NCBI GenBank assembly: GCA_016786465.1
Contig: JAEUWC010000020.1
Coordinates: 40,217 to 104,216, forward strand
Direction of reading: 5' to 3'
Source: Bdellovibrionales bacterium
Lineage (GTDB): Bacteria > Bdellovibrionota > UBA1018
Length of the DNA stretch: 64,000 nt
A program made the translations under genes and the position numbers. Below the pieces are notes generated by a model that worked only from the letters and a program-made list of their open reading frames with translations, did no database searches and was not told where the DNA came from. This document shows, piece after piece, positions 43,855 to 55,607 of the stretch (position 1 is the stretch's first letter; each line of letters opens with the position of its first letter).

Positions 43855-44295
43855 GTGGACGCCATCCTCAACCAGCTTGGCATTAACAGCTCGATCTACG
43901 TTCAGTTCGTCGTATTCATTGTGTTTTTTCTTTTGGCATCCCAGCTTTTTTTCAAGCCGATGCTGAAGCTTTTTGAATACCGGAATCGTCGCACCGTTCA
44001 GGACCGCGAAGCTGCCGAAAAACTGATGGCTGAAGCCAATCTTAAGTTCGAAGAATATCGCCAGCGCCTGAACCATGAACGCCTTCAAGCGCGTAAACAG
44101 CTGGACTCGCTTTTGCTTGAAGTGAAAAAAGAAGAAGCTGCGATTTTGAACGCGGCCCGCACTGAAGCAAAAAAAATCACGCAAGATGCGCTGGAATCAG
44201 CGCAACAACAAAAAGATAAAATCACGCAATCGCTTAAGGCAGAAGTCGACCAAATTGCCAAAGCGATCAGCGAAAAATTACTGAGCCACAAGTAG
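43855..44295 (+). CDS. ATP synthase F0 subunit b'
   Basis: N-terminal TM helix, FFKP, charged coiled coil; first gene of the atp cluster. Confidence 0.82.
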   Translation: MDAILNQLGINSSIYVQFVVFIVFFLLASQLFFKPMLKLFEYRNRRTVQDREAAEKLMAEANLKFEEYRQRLNHERLQARKQLDSLLLEVKKEEAAILNAARTEAKKITQDALESAQQQKDKITQSLKAEVDQIAKAISEKLLSHK

Positions 44296-44301
44296 AAAAA
44301 A

Positions 44302-44799
44302 ATGGATCATTCAGCAGCAGCATCAATTTCGACGTTATTCTGGCCCGCGGTCAACCTGTCCATCCTGGTGGGCACTATTTTTTATACGACTCGCGAACAA
44401 AGAAAATCGTTCGTCAAGGACCGCCACTTCAAACTTCGTGATGAAGTTGAAAATGTTTCGCGCCAGCTTAAAGAAGCGCAAGTCAAGTACAATGAATTTT
44501 CGGCCAAAATGAAAGCGATCGAAGCGGAAGTTGAAGCCATCCGCGACCAAGCGCAAGGCGATGCTGAATTCATGAAGGCCAAGGTCCTTTCTGAAGCGAA
44601 GCGTTTAGCGACCGCAATTGTTTCCGACGCAAAGACCTCAACCGATGGACTGTTTCAGGATCTTCGCAGTGATCTGCGAACCGATATGGCGAACTGGGTA
44701 ATCGATCGCGCCGAAGGAATTCTTCGTGATCGTCTGACAGCGGATGATCGCGCCAAGATTCGTAGCGAATTTTCACAGCAACTGGGAGCGTCTCGATGA
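44302..44799 (+). CDS. atpF: ATP synthase F0 subunit b
   Basis: WPAVN TM helix plus coiled coil; position before atpH. Confidence 0.82.
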   Translation: MDHSAAASISTLFWPAVNLSILVGTIFYTTREQRKSFVKDRHFKLRDEVENVSRQLKEAQVKYNEFSAKMKAIEAEVEAIRDQAQGDAEFMKAKVLSEAKRLATAIVSDAKTSTDGLFQDLRSDLRTDMANWVIDRAEGILRDRLTADDRAKIRSEFSQQLGASR

Positions 44800-45356
44800 G
44801 CGTCGCACAGTCTTACGCAAAAGCCCTTTATGAAGCTTCACGTGATCAGGGCGTGAAGGCAGAAACCATCGAAGCGGCTGTTTATACGGTTGCTTCGGCA
44901 ATCGAAGGTTCAAAGCAACTTCGTGATGTTCTTTATTCACCGTCCACATCGGGATCTGACCGTTCAAAAGTTCTGGTGGCGCTTGCCGAAAAAGCGGTCA
45001 CCGGAAAAGAAGGAAAACTGGTGGGACAGTTTTTAACGCTGTTGATGAAGAAAAGACGCTTAACCGTTCTTTCGGATATCGCAGGCGCTTTCAAGAAAGC
45101 GCGCGTTGAAGCTGAAGGCGGTGTTTTGGGAGTCGTCGCTTCTGCCGACGCCCTTAAGCAAGATGATCTAGAAAGCTTGGCCCGTGCGTTTACCGGCAAG
45201 CTTGGCAAAAAAGTCGTTTTTGAGACGAAGATCGATGCCGAACTTTTGGCCGGAATGAAGGTCACTGTGGGTGGCGTCACTTACGACGGAACTTTGAAGA
45301 ATCAATTATCCAGACTTCGAACCAACCTGATTCACGGTGGTTCGACCAGTCACTAA
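44796..45356 (+). CDS. atpH: ATP synthase delta subunit
   Basis: YAKAL, IDAELLAG, YDGTLKNQL. Confidence 0.9.
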   Translation: MSVAQSYAKALYEASRDQGVKAETIEAAVYTVASAIEGSKQLRDVLYSPSTSGSDRSKVLVALAEKAVTGKEGKLVGQFLTLLMKKRRLTVLSDIAGAFKKARVEAEGGVLGVVASADALKQDDLESLARAFTGKLGKKVVFETKIDAELLAGMKVTVGGVTYDGTLKNQLSRLRTNLIHGGSTSH

Positions 45357-45377
45357 TAGAAGGCGATCGAGGAAAAT

Positions 45378-46886
45378 ATGCAAATCAAGCCAGAAGAAAT
45401 CACACAAATTCTAAAGACCCAGCTTTCGGACTTCGACAAAAAAATCGATGTTTCTGAATCCGGTTCAGTGGTCGCAGTCGGTGACGGCGTCGCTAAAATC
45501 TACGGCCTGGAAAAAGCAATGGCCGGCGAGCTGGTTGAATTCGCAGGTGGCGTGAACGGGATGGTTCTGAACCTTGAAGAAGAAAGCGTCGGCGTCGCTA
45601 TTTTGGGTGACGAAACCGAAATTAAAGAAGGAACTTCAGTTAAGCGCACTGGAAAAATCGTTCAGGTGCCCGTAGGCGAACAACTTCTAGGCCGCGTGGT
45701 CAATGCCTTGGGACAAGCCATCGACGGAAAAGGCGAAATTTCTTCTAAAACTTTCCGTAAAGTTGAAATCAAAGCACCCGGCATCGTTGAAAGACAGTCG
45801 GTTAAAGAGCCGCTTCAAACCGGCATTAAGGCCATCGACGGAATGATTCCAATCGGACGCGGTCAGCGCGAATTGATCATCGGTGACCGCCAAACCGGTA
45901 AAACCGCGATCGCAATCGACACGATCATCAATCAAAAGGGACGTGGCGTTTATTGTATCTACGTTGCTATCGGCCAAAAGCAATCCACGGTTGCCCAGGT
46001 GGTGGACAAACTTCGCCAAGCCGGCGCATTGGATCACACGATCGTTGTTGCGGCGAACGCTTCAGACCAGGCGCCACTTCAGTTCTTGGCAGCCTACACG
46101 GGCGTCACGATGGGCGAATGGTTCCGCGACAACGGCAAACATGCCTTGATCGTGTACGACGACTTGACCAAGCAAGCGCAAGCGTATCGTCAATTGTCGC
46201 TTCTGCTTCGCCGCCCTCCAGGCCGTGAAGCGTACCCCGGCGACGTTTTCTATCTGCACTCGCGTTTGCTTGAACGTGCAGCAAAGTTGTCTGAAAAATT
46301 GGGTGGCGGTTCATTGACCGCCCTGCCGATTATTGAAACCCAGGCGGGTGACGTTTCGGCGTATATTCCTACTAACGTGATTTCGATCACCGACGGGCAG
46401 ATTTTCTTGGAAACAGACTTGTTCTATTCCGGTATCCGCCCTGCGGTGAACGTCGGTATTTCCGTTTCGCGCGTCGGTGGATCGGCACAGATCAAAGCCA
46501 TGCGCCAAGTCGCAGGTACCCTGCGTCTGGAACTGGCACAGTTCCGCGAAAAAGCGGCATTCGCCCAGTTTGGTTCGGACTTGGATCCAGCAACCCAAAA
46601 GCAGTTGGCGCGCGGACAGCGTTTGACCGAGCTTCTGAAGCAAGGGCAGTACGCACCCATGCCGGTTGAAAAGCAAATCGTGGCCATCTTTGCCGGTACG
46701 CACGGATATTTGGACAAGCTTCCGATCGACAAGGTCAAAGCTTACGAAACCCAGCTTTTTGAATTCATCGAAAAGAAACATTCGGCAGTCTTCGAAGAAA
46801 TCGTGAAGACCGGAAAATTGGATGACGGAACCAAAGAAAAATTGGTTTCGGCACTGAAGGAATTTGAAGGTGTTTTCGCGGTCTAA
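45378..46886 (+). CDS. atpA: ATP synthase alpha subunit
   Basis: [29 protein letters not shown]. Confidence 0.98.
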   Translation: MQIKPEEITQILKTQLSDFDKKIDVSESGSVVAVGDGVAKIYGLEKAMAGELVEFAGGVNGMVLNLEEESVGVAILGDETEIKEGTSVKRTGKIVQVPVGEQLLGRVVNALGQAIDGKGEISSKTFRKVEIKAPGIVERQSVKEPLQTGIKAIDGMIPIGRGQRELIIGDRQTGKTAIAIDTIINQKGRGVYCIYVAIGQKQSTVAQVVDKLRQAGALDHTIVVAANASDQAPLQFLAAYTGVTMGEWFRDNGKHALIVYDDLTKQAQAYRQLSLLLRRPPGREAYPGDVFYLHSRLLERAAKLSEKLGGGSLTALPIIETQAGDVSAYIPTNVISITDGQIFLETDLFYSGIRPAVNVGISVSRVGGSAQIKAMRQVAGTLRLELAQFREKAAFAQFGSDLDPATQKQLARGQRLTELLKQGQYAPMPVEKQIVAIFAGTHGYLDKLPIDKVKAYETQLFEFIEKKHSAVFEEIVKTGKLDDGTKEKLVSALKEFEGVFAV

Positions 46887-46901
46887 TCCGCTTAGGAATC
46901 T

Positions 46902-47831
46902 ATGCCAAGCATCAAGGACCTTAAAAAACGAATTGGGACTGTGAAAAACACCCAACAAACCACGCGAGCCATGAAGATGGTTTCGGCGGCGAAACTGCGC
47001 CGTGCTCAAGAAGCCGTCCTGAGCACCCGTCCCTACGCCCGCCAAATGCAAAGCATGATTCAAGCACTGCTGGCTTCGTTTAAGGACGATCAAGCGGGAT
47101 TTGATTCGGATTTGTTCGGAAAATTGGACGATACGATGGCCATCGACGGCGAAAGCCTGACGGTTGCCAAGTCGGTCTTGGTGGTTGTGGTGACTTCTGA
47201 TCGCGGACTTTGCGGCGGATTTAACGGAAACGTGATCAAAGCAGCCCAGAAATGGCTTTTGACCCGCGGAAGTCAGTACCGCCACGTGACTTTTTCTTTC
47301 GTGGGTCGCCGCGGATACGATTTCTTCAAAACCAAAGGGATCGATATCGATCAGTGGTTCACCGACTACGGTGGTAAAGTCACCTTCCAAAAGGCGAAAG
47401 GCCTAGCGGACGACTTAGTGAAGGATTTCCGCGCTGGAAAGTACGACGAAATCAAAATCATCTACAACGAATTCAAAAACGCAGCCAGCCAGATCACCCA
47501 AGTGGAAGACTTCCTTCCTTTGAAACGAAAACTGGTTATGGATCATGCCGGACACGCATCTCAAGAAGTCGCGGATTTCTTGGTGAAACCCGATCCAGCC
47601 ACTTTGTTCCAGGACCTGGTTGCGAAAAGCGTTCCCATGCAAACTTTTCGAATCCTGTTGGAATCCCAAGCCGGTGAACACGGTGCACGGATGTCGGCGA
47701 TGGAAAACGCGACCAAAAACGCAGGCGAAATGATCAAGAAGCTGACGTTGCAGTACAACAAGCAGCGCCAAGCAGCGATCACGAAAGAACTTTTGGAAAT
47801 CATCTCGGGCAGCGAAGCCCAAAAAGGTTAA
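46902..47831 (+). CDS. atpG: ATP synthase gamma subunit
   Basis: AMKMVSAAK, DRGLCG, RQAAITKEL. Confidence 0.96.
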   Translation: MPSIKDLKKRIGTVKNTQQTTRAMKMVSAAKLRRAQEAVLSTRPYARQMQSMIQALLASFKDDQAGFDSDLFGKLDDTMAIDGESLTVAKSVLVVVVTSDRGLCGGFNGNVIKAAQKWLLTRGSQYRHVTFSFVGRRGYDFFKTKGIDIDQWFTDYGGKVTFQKAKGLADDLVKDFRAGKYDEIKIIYNEFKNAASQITQVEDFLPLKRKLVMDHAGHASQEVADFLVKPDPATLFQDLVAKSVPMQTFRILLESQAGEHGARMSAMENATKNAGEMIKKLTLQYNKQRQAAITKELLEIISGSEAQKG

Positions 47832-47838
47832 AGGTTAG

Positions 47839-49272
<1,434 letters not shown>

Positions 49273-49281
49273 GGCGGGCCT

Positions 49282-49689
49282 ATGGCTGATATTTTAAAGG
49301 TCACGATCATTACTCCGGAAAGAAAACTGGTGGACGGGCTTCCCGTAACCGCAGTGACTTTGCCAACGGCCGAAGGTGAAATCGAAGTTCTTCCGGGCCA
49401 CGCCGCCCTAATGGGACGCCTGGATCCAGGTTATTTTCGGTACACCACGTCGACCGGAAAAGAAGAAGTCGGATTCATTTCGACCGGCTTCTTTGAAGTC
49501 CACGGGGAAACCCTGAAGGTATTGGCCGAGAACCTAGAGCTGAAGGATGAAATCAATGTTTCGCGTGCCAAGCAGGCACAGCTGAAGGCTGAAGCGGCAT
49601 TGAGCGCGGCGGACTTGGATCCTGCACACTTTAATAAGTATCAGTTGAAGCTTCAGCGAGCCATCATCCGTCAACATATTGGCAGCTAA
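49282..49689 (+). CDS. atpC: ATP synthase epsilon subunit
   Basis: ITPE, GEIEVLPGHA, GFFEV, C-terminal helical hairpin. Confidence 0.93.
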   Translation: MADILKVTIITPERKLVDGLPVTAVTLPTAEGEIEVLPGHAALMGRLDPGYFRYTTSTGKEEVGFISTGFFEVHGETLKVLAENLELKDEINVSRAKQAQLKAEAALSAADLDPAHFNKYQLKLQRAIIRQHIGS

Positions 49690-49775
49690 AGAGTAGTCAT
49701 AGAACTTTCGAAACAAGCCAGTAGTTTCTTGCATTCTGTGGCCAGAGGTCTAACCTATTTTCCAGACCCGGTTCT

Positions 49776-52142
49776 ATGGATAGCAGCTGGATATCGGCCA
49801 CAGGCCAAGGCACTTTTTCGGTGCCTACGAATGGATTCGGAAAATCAAAACCGCTACGCGATTTTATCGGCGTAGTCGTCGGATCTTCTTTCGCCGCAGT
49901 GGCGGCATCAGCGCTGATTTCTTCGACAGTTTTTAAGACACAGTCGGCGGAGACTGTGCAGGATTTCAACAGTTTTCACGAACAGAACCACGCAAAAGCT
50001 AGGCAGAATTTTCGTTCATTTTTGACGGCAAATTGGGCCATTCAAAGCGATCAGTCGGTTTTGGAAGCAGAAGAAATGGAACTTTTGGCGTCGGGCCTTG
50101 GACGAATGGGAACGCTCACCGAAAAAAGTTTTTCGATTCCCGAAGCGCCTAAAAAATCTGTGCCGAAAATCTTAAGTCGGGTCGCAAGAAAGGTTCCGCC
50201 TGTCCAAAGTTCAGTCGCACCGGTGAAAACCATTTTGACAGATGAAGCTACGGATCAAGATCGTGGCTTTATGGTTTCTGTTCTTCAGGGTCTTCGTTCG
50301 CGTTCCCGACTTGCGATCTTGAATCACGCAAGTCAGAAAAGGGTACTGGCCGAAGTCGCGCCGGTTCATTCGGATCAAATCGTGACTAGCCAAGCATCGG
50401 TCACTGACTATCCACTGAAAGCCGTTGAAACTGTGGCAGTTCTGCCAGTGATGTCCGAAGAAGAGCACACTGTAGCCGCCCTTCAGCCCGCGGTTCAAGA
50501 AGTGAAAACGCAAGACCTAGAACCCTTGACCGCTGCTGACGAAAGTTGGATCGCGCAGGCCCTAACCGAAGCACCCAAGCGTGCAGAGGAAGCAAAACTG
50601 GCCATGGAAGCACCCGTTAGGTCATCATTAAGTGCTCAGATTTTTGAAGGAACTGAAAGGCAGGTCGACTTCCACCCGGCTGAAGCTTCGCGCACTGATG
50701 TTACTGACCCAATTCCGACTTCAGATTTCAAAGACCCGACACTCCCCAGTGAACCCGCGACAAGTGCCGTCATCGAGATTGCTGAGTCCCACCTGATACG
50801 CGCCTCGTTAAGGTCCAAGGCCGCATACAGCCAAGGGGTGAATACTCAGAAACAGGTCACAAGGTCAGCTAGAACGCCCGCACGGGTCGTAGCTCCGACC
50901 CCGCCAGTGAATACTCAGGTTGCTTCGGCAAAGCAAAGGCCCCAGCCGTCAGCGAATACTCAGATGTTCCGTCCAGCGGCTTCAGAAAATGCCTTGATCC
51001 ATTCTGCGGCGGGTCCTGTTCGAACGGTCGGCGAAGAATCACCCTATACTGCAAGTCATGGTGTGATGCTGGAAGGGTACGAAGCGCTTGAACCTTCGCG
51101 GACTTTGTTTGGTTTGAAGTCTGAAATTTTAAGTTCGGAAGGTTCGGCAGATCGCCTACGTCCTGAAGCTTGGATTGAAGTTTCCAAGAAAGGTTATGTG
51201 CCGCTGGTGACTCAGGTCGGAAACGACTCACGTTACCCTTTGCTTTCGGATGGAGCTCTTGAAGTACTGCAACTGAAAGCGGGAATGAAGCAATCTGAAC
51301 GCGCGGGCATCGTGATGGGTCAGGTAGCGGTGGATACGGAAATCAAACTCAGCGGCCGCGCGGATCCTGTCTTCTTTGTCGACAGCGAAGGACAGTCCCC
51401 ACTTGTAAAAACTTTTGTCATTTTGAACGCGGAACCCGGGATGCAGTTCGTAAGAATCATCCAGAAAAAGACACGAAAAAGCCTGGGAATTGGACTGCCG
51501 GTACTTGCCGGTAAAGTCAGTCGGCTGGATGCCCGTACTGTAAAGTCTGCCCGAATTCGTGGAAGGATTCTGGGCGCGGATGTGAATTCTGCCCAAAAGT
51601 TAAACGGCGTTCACTTGAAAGTCGTTGGCCAAACTGAACAGAAAGTGAACGGTACATTTGATCTGGCCGACGTTTCATACGTGCCAGGATTCCCGGTCTA
51701 CATCGAACTTGAAGCGAAAGACGGATTCACACATCGGTATTCTGTGGATCCTTCCAAGGAACTGCGGAACGACTTCTTTCTGTTTGGAGCAAATCGTGTT
51801 CAGGAATGGGTTGGCCAGCTTGAAGGCGGCGTTCACCCCACCAGCGGCCTAGTGGTTGCTGCTTTTACGGTCATGATCCCTAACCTAGAATCCAAACGAG
51901 GCACCTTTAAGGTGGAACCCGTGATCGCCGACCAAGGACTAGACCCTGAAAGCTACGTTCTGGGTGCCGGAGAAAAGCTACTGGTTGCGACCCCGCTTTC
52001 ACCGGAAAACACCATTGGTATTGGCGCGCAGGTCCCTGAAGGTCTGAACCAGGTTCGGATTGAAGATCGCTTGGGCAAAGTGAAATGGAATCGTTGGATT
52101 CCTAGTTCACCCGGTGTGATTTCTGTTTCTGGGGATTACTAA
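49776..52142 (+). CDS. Large hypothetical membrane-anchored protein with low-complexity linker and beta-rich C-terminal domains
   Basis: 788-aa ORF, one hydrophobic segment near the N-terminus, Ala/Pro/Ser/Thr-rich middle. Confidence 0.7.
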   Translation: MDSSWISATGQGTFSVPTNGFGKSKPLRDFIGVVVGSSFAAVAASALISSTVFKTQSAETVQDFNSFHEQNHAKARQNFRSFLTANWAIQSDQSVLEAEEMELLASGLGRMGTLTEKSFSIPEAPKKSVPKILSRVARKVPPVQSSVAPVKTILTDEATDQDRGFMVSVLQGLRSRSRLAILNHASQKRVLAEVAPVHSDQIVTSQASVTDYPLKAVETVAVLPVMSEEEHTVAALQPAVQEVKTQDLEPLTAADESWIAQALTEAPKRAEEAKLAMEAPVRSSLSAQIFEGTERQVDFHPAEASRTDVTDPIPTSDFKDPTLPSEPATSAVIEIAESHLIRASLRSKAAYSQGVNTQKQVTRSARTPARVVAPTPPVNTQVASAKQRPQPSANTQMFRPAASENALIHSAAGPVRTVGEESPYTASHGVMLEGYEALEPSRTLFGLKSEILSSEGSADRLRPEAWIEVSKKGYVPLVTQVGNDSRYPLLSDGALEVLQLKAGMKQSERAGIVMGQVAVDTEIKLSGRADPVFFVDSEGQSPLVKTFVILNAEPGMQFVRIIQKKTRKSLGIGLPVLAGKVSRLDARTVKSARIRGRILGADVNSAQKLNGVHLKVVGQTEQKVNGTFDLADVSYVPGFPVYIELEAKDGFTHRYSVDPSKELRNDFFLFGANRVQEWVGQLEGGVHPTSGLVVAAFTVMIPNLESKRGTFKVEPVIADQGLDPESYVLGAGEKLLVATPLSPENTIGIGAQVPEGLNQVRIEDRLGKVKWNRWIPSSPGVISVSGDY

Positions 52143-53493
52143 GCAAACTAAGTCGCGGGCGATCCGCATTCAAGTAACGACGAAGGCTTTTTCTAAGCAG
52201 GTCTTCATCTGTGCTTTCAACGGGCAGCACGACCCAAAATCCCGCGGGCAAAAGTTGTTTTGTGTTCAGGATGTCGGGGTTGAACTTCATGAATTCATTA
52301 ATTGAAAGCCCACTTTTCTTGGCAAAGAACAAAGCGCTTTGACGGGCTGGTACAACCGAGAAAATCACCGACTTTGTGGACGGAACAGGGGTATTTCCAA
52401 AAAAGATGTCTTGATAGGCGACTACGTGGGAAAGCGCTAAGAATTCAGCGTAATAGTTCTGGCTGGCCCATCCCATCGAAGAATCTTTGTTACAGAAATC
52501 GAATTCGGACCAAAGGCGATCACTCTTCCAACCTTCACGCTTTGCTTTCCAGATTCCACGAAGGCCGTGATGATAGCTGGTGACGGTTAAAGGCCAACTT
52601 CCCAAACGTTTGTGATTTCGGGCCAAAAGTTTAGCAGCTGCAACGGCCGATTTCAGGGGTGATTTTCGTTCATCGATTCCGCGCCGTGGATCAACAGTCA
52701 TGAATTCGCGACCAGAAGCTTCTAAAAACTGCCATGCGCCGACAGCGCCCAAGCGAGAAACGGCTTCAGGGTTAAAAGAACTTTCAACCAAACTGATTCG
52801 GGTCAGTTCAACGGGTAAGTCAAATTCGCGAAAGACTTCTTCCATCTTGCGAAGGTACTGGTTGGACAAGGTTAATCCGCGAGCCACGCTATCACGAAGC
52901 CCGCGTTGAACACGGACCCGTTCCCAAGACTGGGCCAGAGAATGTGAATGGGTTGAAAGCGAAAGCGCCGACAAAACACGTCTTTCTAGCGCGGTTTTTG
53001 CGATGGGTTTCTGGCCCGCGGGAACAGTGTCAGCCCATTTTTTCAAAATCTGGCGAACTTGGTTTAGGCGCGTCTGCAGTGCGGCCTGAATCACTCGTTC
53101 ACGCTTCCCAACAGGAACGCCTTTCATCACCAGTTCGCGGTGATCCAAAACATCGTAAATCACTTCGGGGTGATGGCTGTCGTAAATCACTGTTTCTTGG
53201 GACGTCCACTGGGAATAGACGCGAGCCCAAAAACGCGACACGTGGATCAGGGGCCGCGGTACCTTGAACGCCTGGTCGACACGGTTGTCGGGATCGGTGA
53301 GAACTTCCTGGACCCGGTTCTTAGCCACTGAAGTTTCAAAGACTGTCGTGGGAGCAGCCACTTGATCGTTAAAAACAGTGCTCCAATCGGGCTGGCGGTG
53401 TGGTTTCCAGGGCGCAACAGGTTCAACGGCCGCGAAAGCGGCCGACCCCAAAATCAAGTTGGCTAAGGCGAAAAGTGAACCGAATTTCATCAT
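52102..53493 (-). CDS. Lytic transglycosylase (SLT domain, MltD-like) with a possible degenerate LysM
   Basis: VESSFNPEAVS, GAVGAWQF, IDER, SYHHG; signal peptide from ATG 53493. Confidence 0.87.
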   Translation of the reverse strand: MMKFGSLFALANLILGSAAFAAVEPVAPWKPHRQPDWSTVFNDQVAAPTTVFETSVAKNRVQEVLTDPDNRVDQAFKVPRPLIHVSRFWARVYSQWTSQETVIYDSHHPEVIYDVLDHRELVMKGVPVGKRERVIQAALQTRLNQVRQILKKWADTVPAGQKPIAKTALERRVLSALSLSTHSHSLAQSWERVRVQRGLRDSVARGLTLSNQYLRKMEEVFREFDLPVELTRISLVESSFNPEAVSRLGAVGAWQFLEASGREFMTVDPRRGIDERKSPLKSAVAAAKLLARNHKRLGSWPLTVTSYHHGLRGIWKAKREGWKSDRLWSEFDFCNKDSSMGWASQNYYAEFLALSHVVAYQDIFFGNTPVPSTKSVIFSVVPARQSALFFAKKSGLSINEFMKFNPDILNTKQLLPAGFWVVLPVESTDEDLLRKSLRRYLNADRPRLSLLSNPQKQKSHRVN

Positions 53494-53570
53494 TAATATT
53501 AAACACTTAGTGTTACTCCCCCCAACGCAGCCCAATTGGGGGAAAAGAGCTTGTGCTCCCGCCGTCCATA

Positions 53571-53586
53571 AGCAGAAGGCGTGCCA
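53571..53586 (-). promoter_or_regulatory. Candidate sigma54 (-24/-12) promoter for the transglycosylase
   Basis: Minus strand TGGCACGCCTTCTGCT versus consensus TGGCACG-N4-TTGCW, about 80 bp upstream of the start. Confidence 0.55.
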
Positions 53587-53662
53587 CGGATGGCGGACTT
53601 AAAACGCTCTGGGGAGGTCTTTTTCATCGAAATTCAAAGAAAACTGGCTAAGCTTTTTTCAA

Positions 53663-53902
53663 ATGAACGAAAAATCTTCACCCGAATCCTTCGAAGTCGC
53701 GCTTGAGAAGCTCCAACTGACGGTCAAGAAACTCGAGGCGGGTGAATTGAGTTTGGAAGAATCGCTTTCTGCTTTCGAAGAAGGCGTACGCCTGACCAAA
53801 CAGTGTCAGGAGCAATTAGCTGTCGCTGAAAAGCGAGTCGAAGTCTTGATGAGCGCAAATGCTCATTCGGTTGAAACCAAACCGTTTGACCCCAAGAAAT
53901 AA
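53663..53902 (+). CDS. xseB: Exodeoxyribonuclease VII small subunit
   Basis: SFEVALEKL, LEAGELSLEESL, FEEG. Confidence 0.93.
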   Translation: MNEKSSPESFEVALEKLQLTVKKLEAGELSLEESLSAFEEGVRLTKQCQEQLAVAEKRVEVLMSANAHSVETKPFDPKK

Positions 53903-54642
53903 TGGCTGAGAAGGAGCGATTGGATCTTCTCTTGGTGTCGCGGGGCTTGGCCCCGAGCCGCCAGCGCGCCCAGGCGCTGATTCTTTCCGGAAATGTATTG
54001 GTGAATGATCAACCGATCACCAAGGCCGGAGAAAATGTTTCGGTTCATTCCGTGATCCGAATTCGTGAAATGGATCACCCCTTCGTTTCTCGCGGAGGAG
54101 TCAAGCTTGAGAAAGCCATCCAAGACTTCAAGATCCCAATTCAATATCGAGTGGGCCTGGATATTGGCGCCTCCACAGGAGGGTTCACACAAGTTCTGCT
54201 GAACCATGGTGCCAAAAAAGTCTTTGCGATTGATGTAGGACACAACCAAATGGACTGGATGATTCGACAGGACCCCCGGGTGGTTGTGATGGAAAAGACC
54301 AACGCCAGATCTTTGACGTTTGAACAAATCGGGGAAAAGGTTGGCGTCATTGTTGTGGATGTTTCGTTCATTTCTTTGGAAAAGATATTCCCTGCGGCAA
54401 AGCAGTTCGCCACTGAAGAAACGGACTGGATCACATTGATCAAGCCCCAATTTGAAGTCGGTCGCGAAAAGGTTGGAAAGGGTGGAATCGTTCAATCCGA
54501 AGCCGATCAAAATGACGCGGTCGAAAGAATTAGAAGATTTGGCGAATCTCTTGGCTTGGCCCGAATGGCGTTGATAGAATCACCTATCAAGGGAACACAA
54601 GGAAACCGGGAATTCTTAGCACATTGGAAACTCGTAAACTGA
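53902..54642 (+). CDS. tlyA: TlyA family rRNA 2'-O-methyltransferase
   Basis: S4 domain, VSRGGVKL, DIGASTGGFT, DVSFISL, KPQFE, GNREFL. Confidence 0.94.
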   Translation: MAEKERLDLLLVSRGLAPSRQRAQALILSGNVLVNDQPITKAGENVSVHSVIRIREMDHPFVSRGGVKLEKAIQDFKIPIQYRVGLDIGASTGGFTQVLLNHGAKKVFAIDVGHNQMDWMIRQDPRVVVMEKTNARSLTFEQIGEKVGVIVVDVSFISLEKIFPAAKQFATEETDWITLIKPQFEVGREKVGKGGIVQSEADQNDAVERIRRFGESLGLARMALIESPIKGTQGNREFLAHWKLVN

Positions 54643-55607
54643 TCCGCATCATCGCCTTAGTCGCAAGCATTCTGGTCACGGGTTGCGCGTCTTCGGCTAA
54701 GAAAAATCAGAATCCGATAATCGAAGAAAGTGTAGGCACTTCTTTGGTGGTCACGCAGGAACAACAAGGTCCTGCAGCACCGGCGTCCACGATAAAGCCA
54801 GTCGTTCTAGTGCTTTCACCAGGAGCGGCGCGCGCGTTTGCACAAGCCGGAGTCATTCGTGCCCTGACCGACGCAAAGATTCGTATCGGAGCTGTATTGG
54901 GAACCGAAGTGGGTGCACTGATTGGTGCAACCTATTCGATTCAGCCTCAAATGAACGCCTTTGAATGGCAGCTTCAAAAAATCCGCGAGACGGAATTCAT
55001 CCAGGCTTCTCGTTTCCTGGGCATTGGCCAAGAGTACCCCATGGAAGCTGTTGCGCTTTCGAAACAGCTAGATCAAATTTTCGGAAACAAAAGCTTCAAA
55101 GACTTGAAGATACCCTTGATTCTTTCGGTTGAAGAAAAGGGGGCGCAGAATTTTGCGTTGATCAAGCAGGGGTCTTTGACCAAGGCCCTTCGGGCCAGCA
55201 TCGCCATTGAAGGACTTTTAAAGGAAGTTCAGTTTGAGAACCGTGAAGTTCGAGCATCGATGCGCTCAAAGCCCTACCTGGTTCAAGAAGCCCGAGCGCT
55301 TGGAATTGGCCCAGTTATTCTAGTGGATTCGCTGGCCTATTCGTCGGACCGGATTCAGAAAACTCAATCCGATGATTTAGATGCAGATCTAGAAGATATC
55401 GAAAAAAGAATTTCTCAAAACTACGAAGAAGCGCGCGACCATCATCGTTCCGAACGAGAACAGGCAGACTTAGTGATCACTCCCGATGTACGATCAATTG
55501 GCTTGCTGGATTTCAAAAGAAAGAACGAAGCGATCTATTCAGGAAAACAAAGCGTAACTGCGCTGCTTCCAAAAATTCGTGAACTGACCGGACAGGCGAA
55601 ACCATGA
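54624..55607 (+). CDS. Patatin-fold lipoprotein lacking catalytic residues
   Basis: Lipobox VTGC; VLSPGAARAFAQAGVI, GTEVGALIGA, ALRASIAIEG, ADLVITPD. Confidence 0.78.
   Translation: METRKLIRIIALVASILVTGCASSAKKNQNPIIEESVGTSLVVTQEQQGPAAPASTIKPVVLVLSPGAARAFAQAGVIRALTDAKIRIGAVLGTEVGALIGATYSIQPQMNAFEWQLQKIRETEFIQASRFLGIGQEYPMEAVALSKQLDQIFGNKSFKDLKIPLILSVEEKGAQNFALIKQGSLTKALRASIAIEGLLKEVQFENREVRASMRSKPYLVQEARALGIGPVILVDSLAYSSDRIQKTQSDDLDADLEDIEKRISQNYEEARDHHRSEREQADLVITPDVRSIGLLDFKRKNEAIYSGKQSVTALLPKIRELTGQAKP

Noticed and set aside
53663-54642. xseB directly joined to tlyA without ispA/dxs; yidC joined to mnmE without jag
   Set aside because: Ordinary synteny erosion; gene absence cannot be judged from one window
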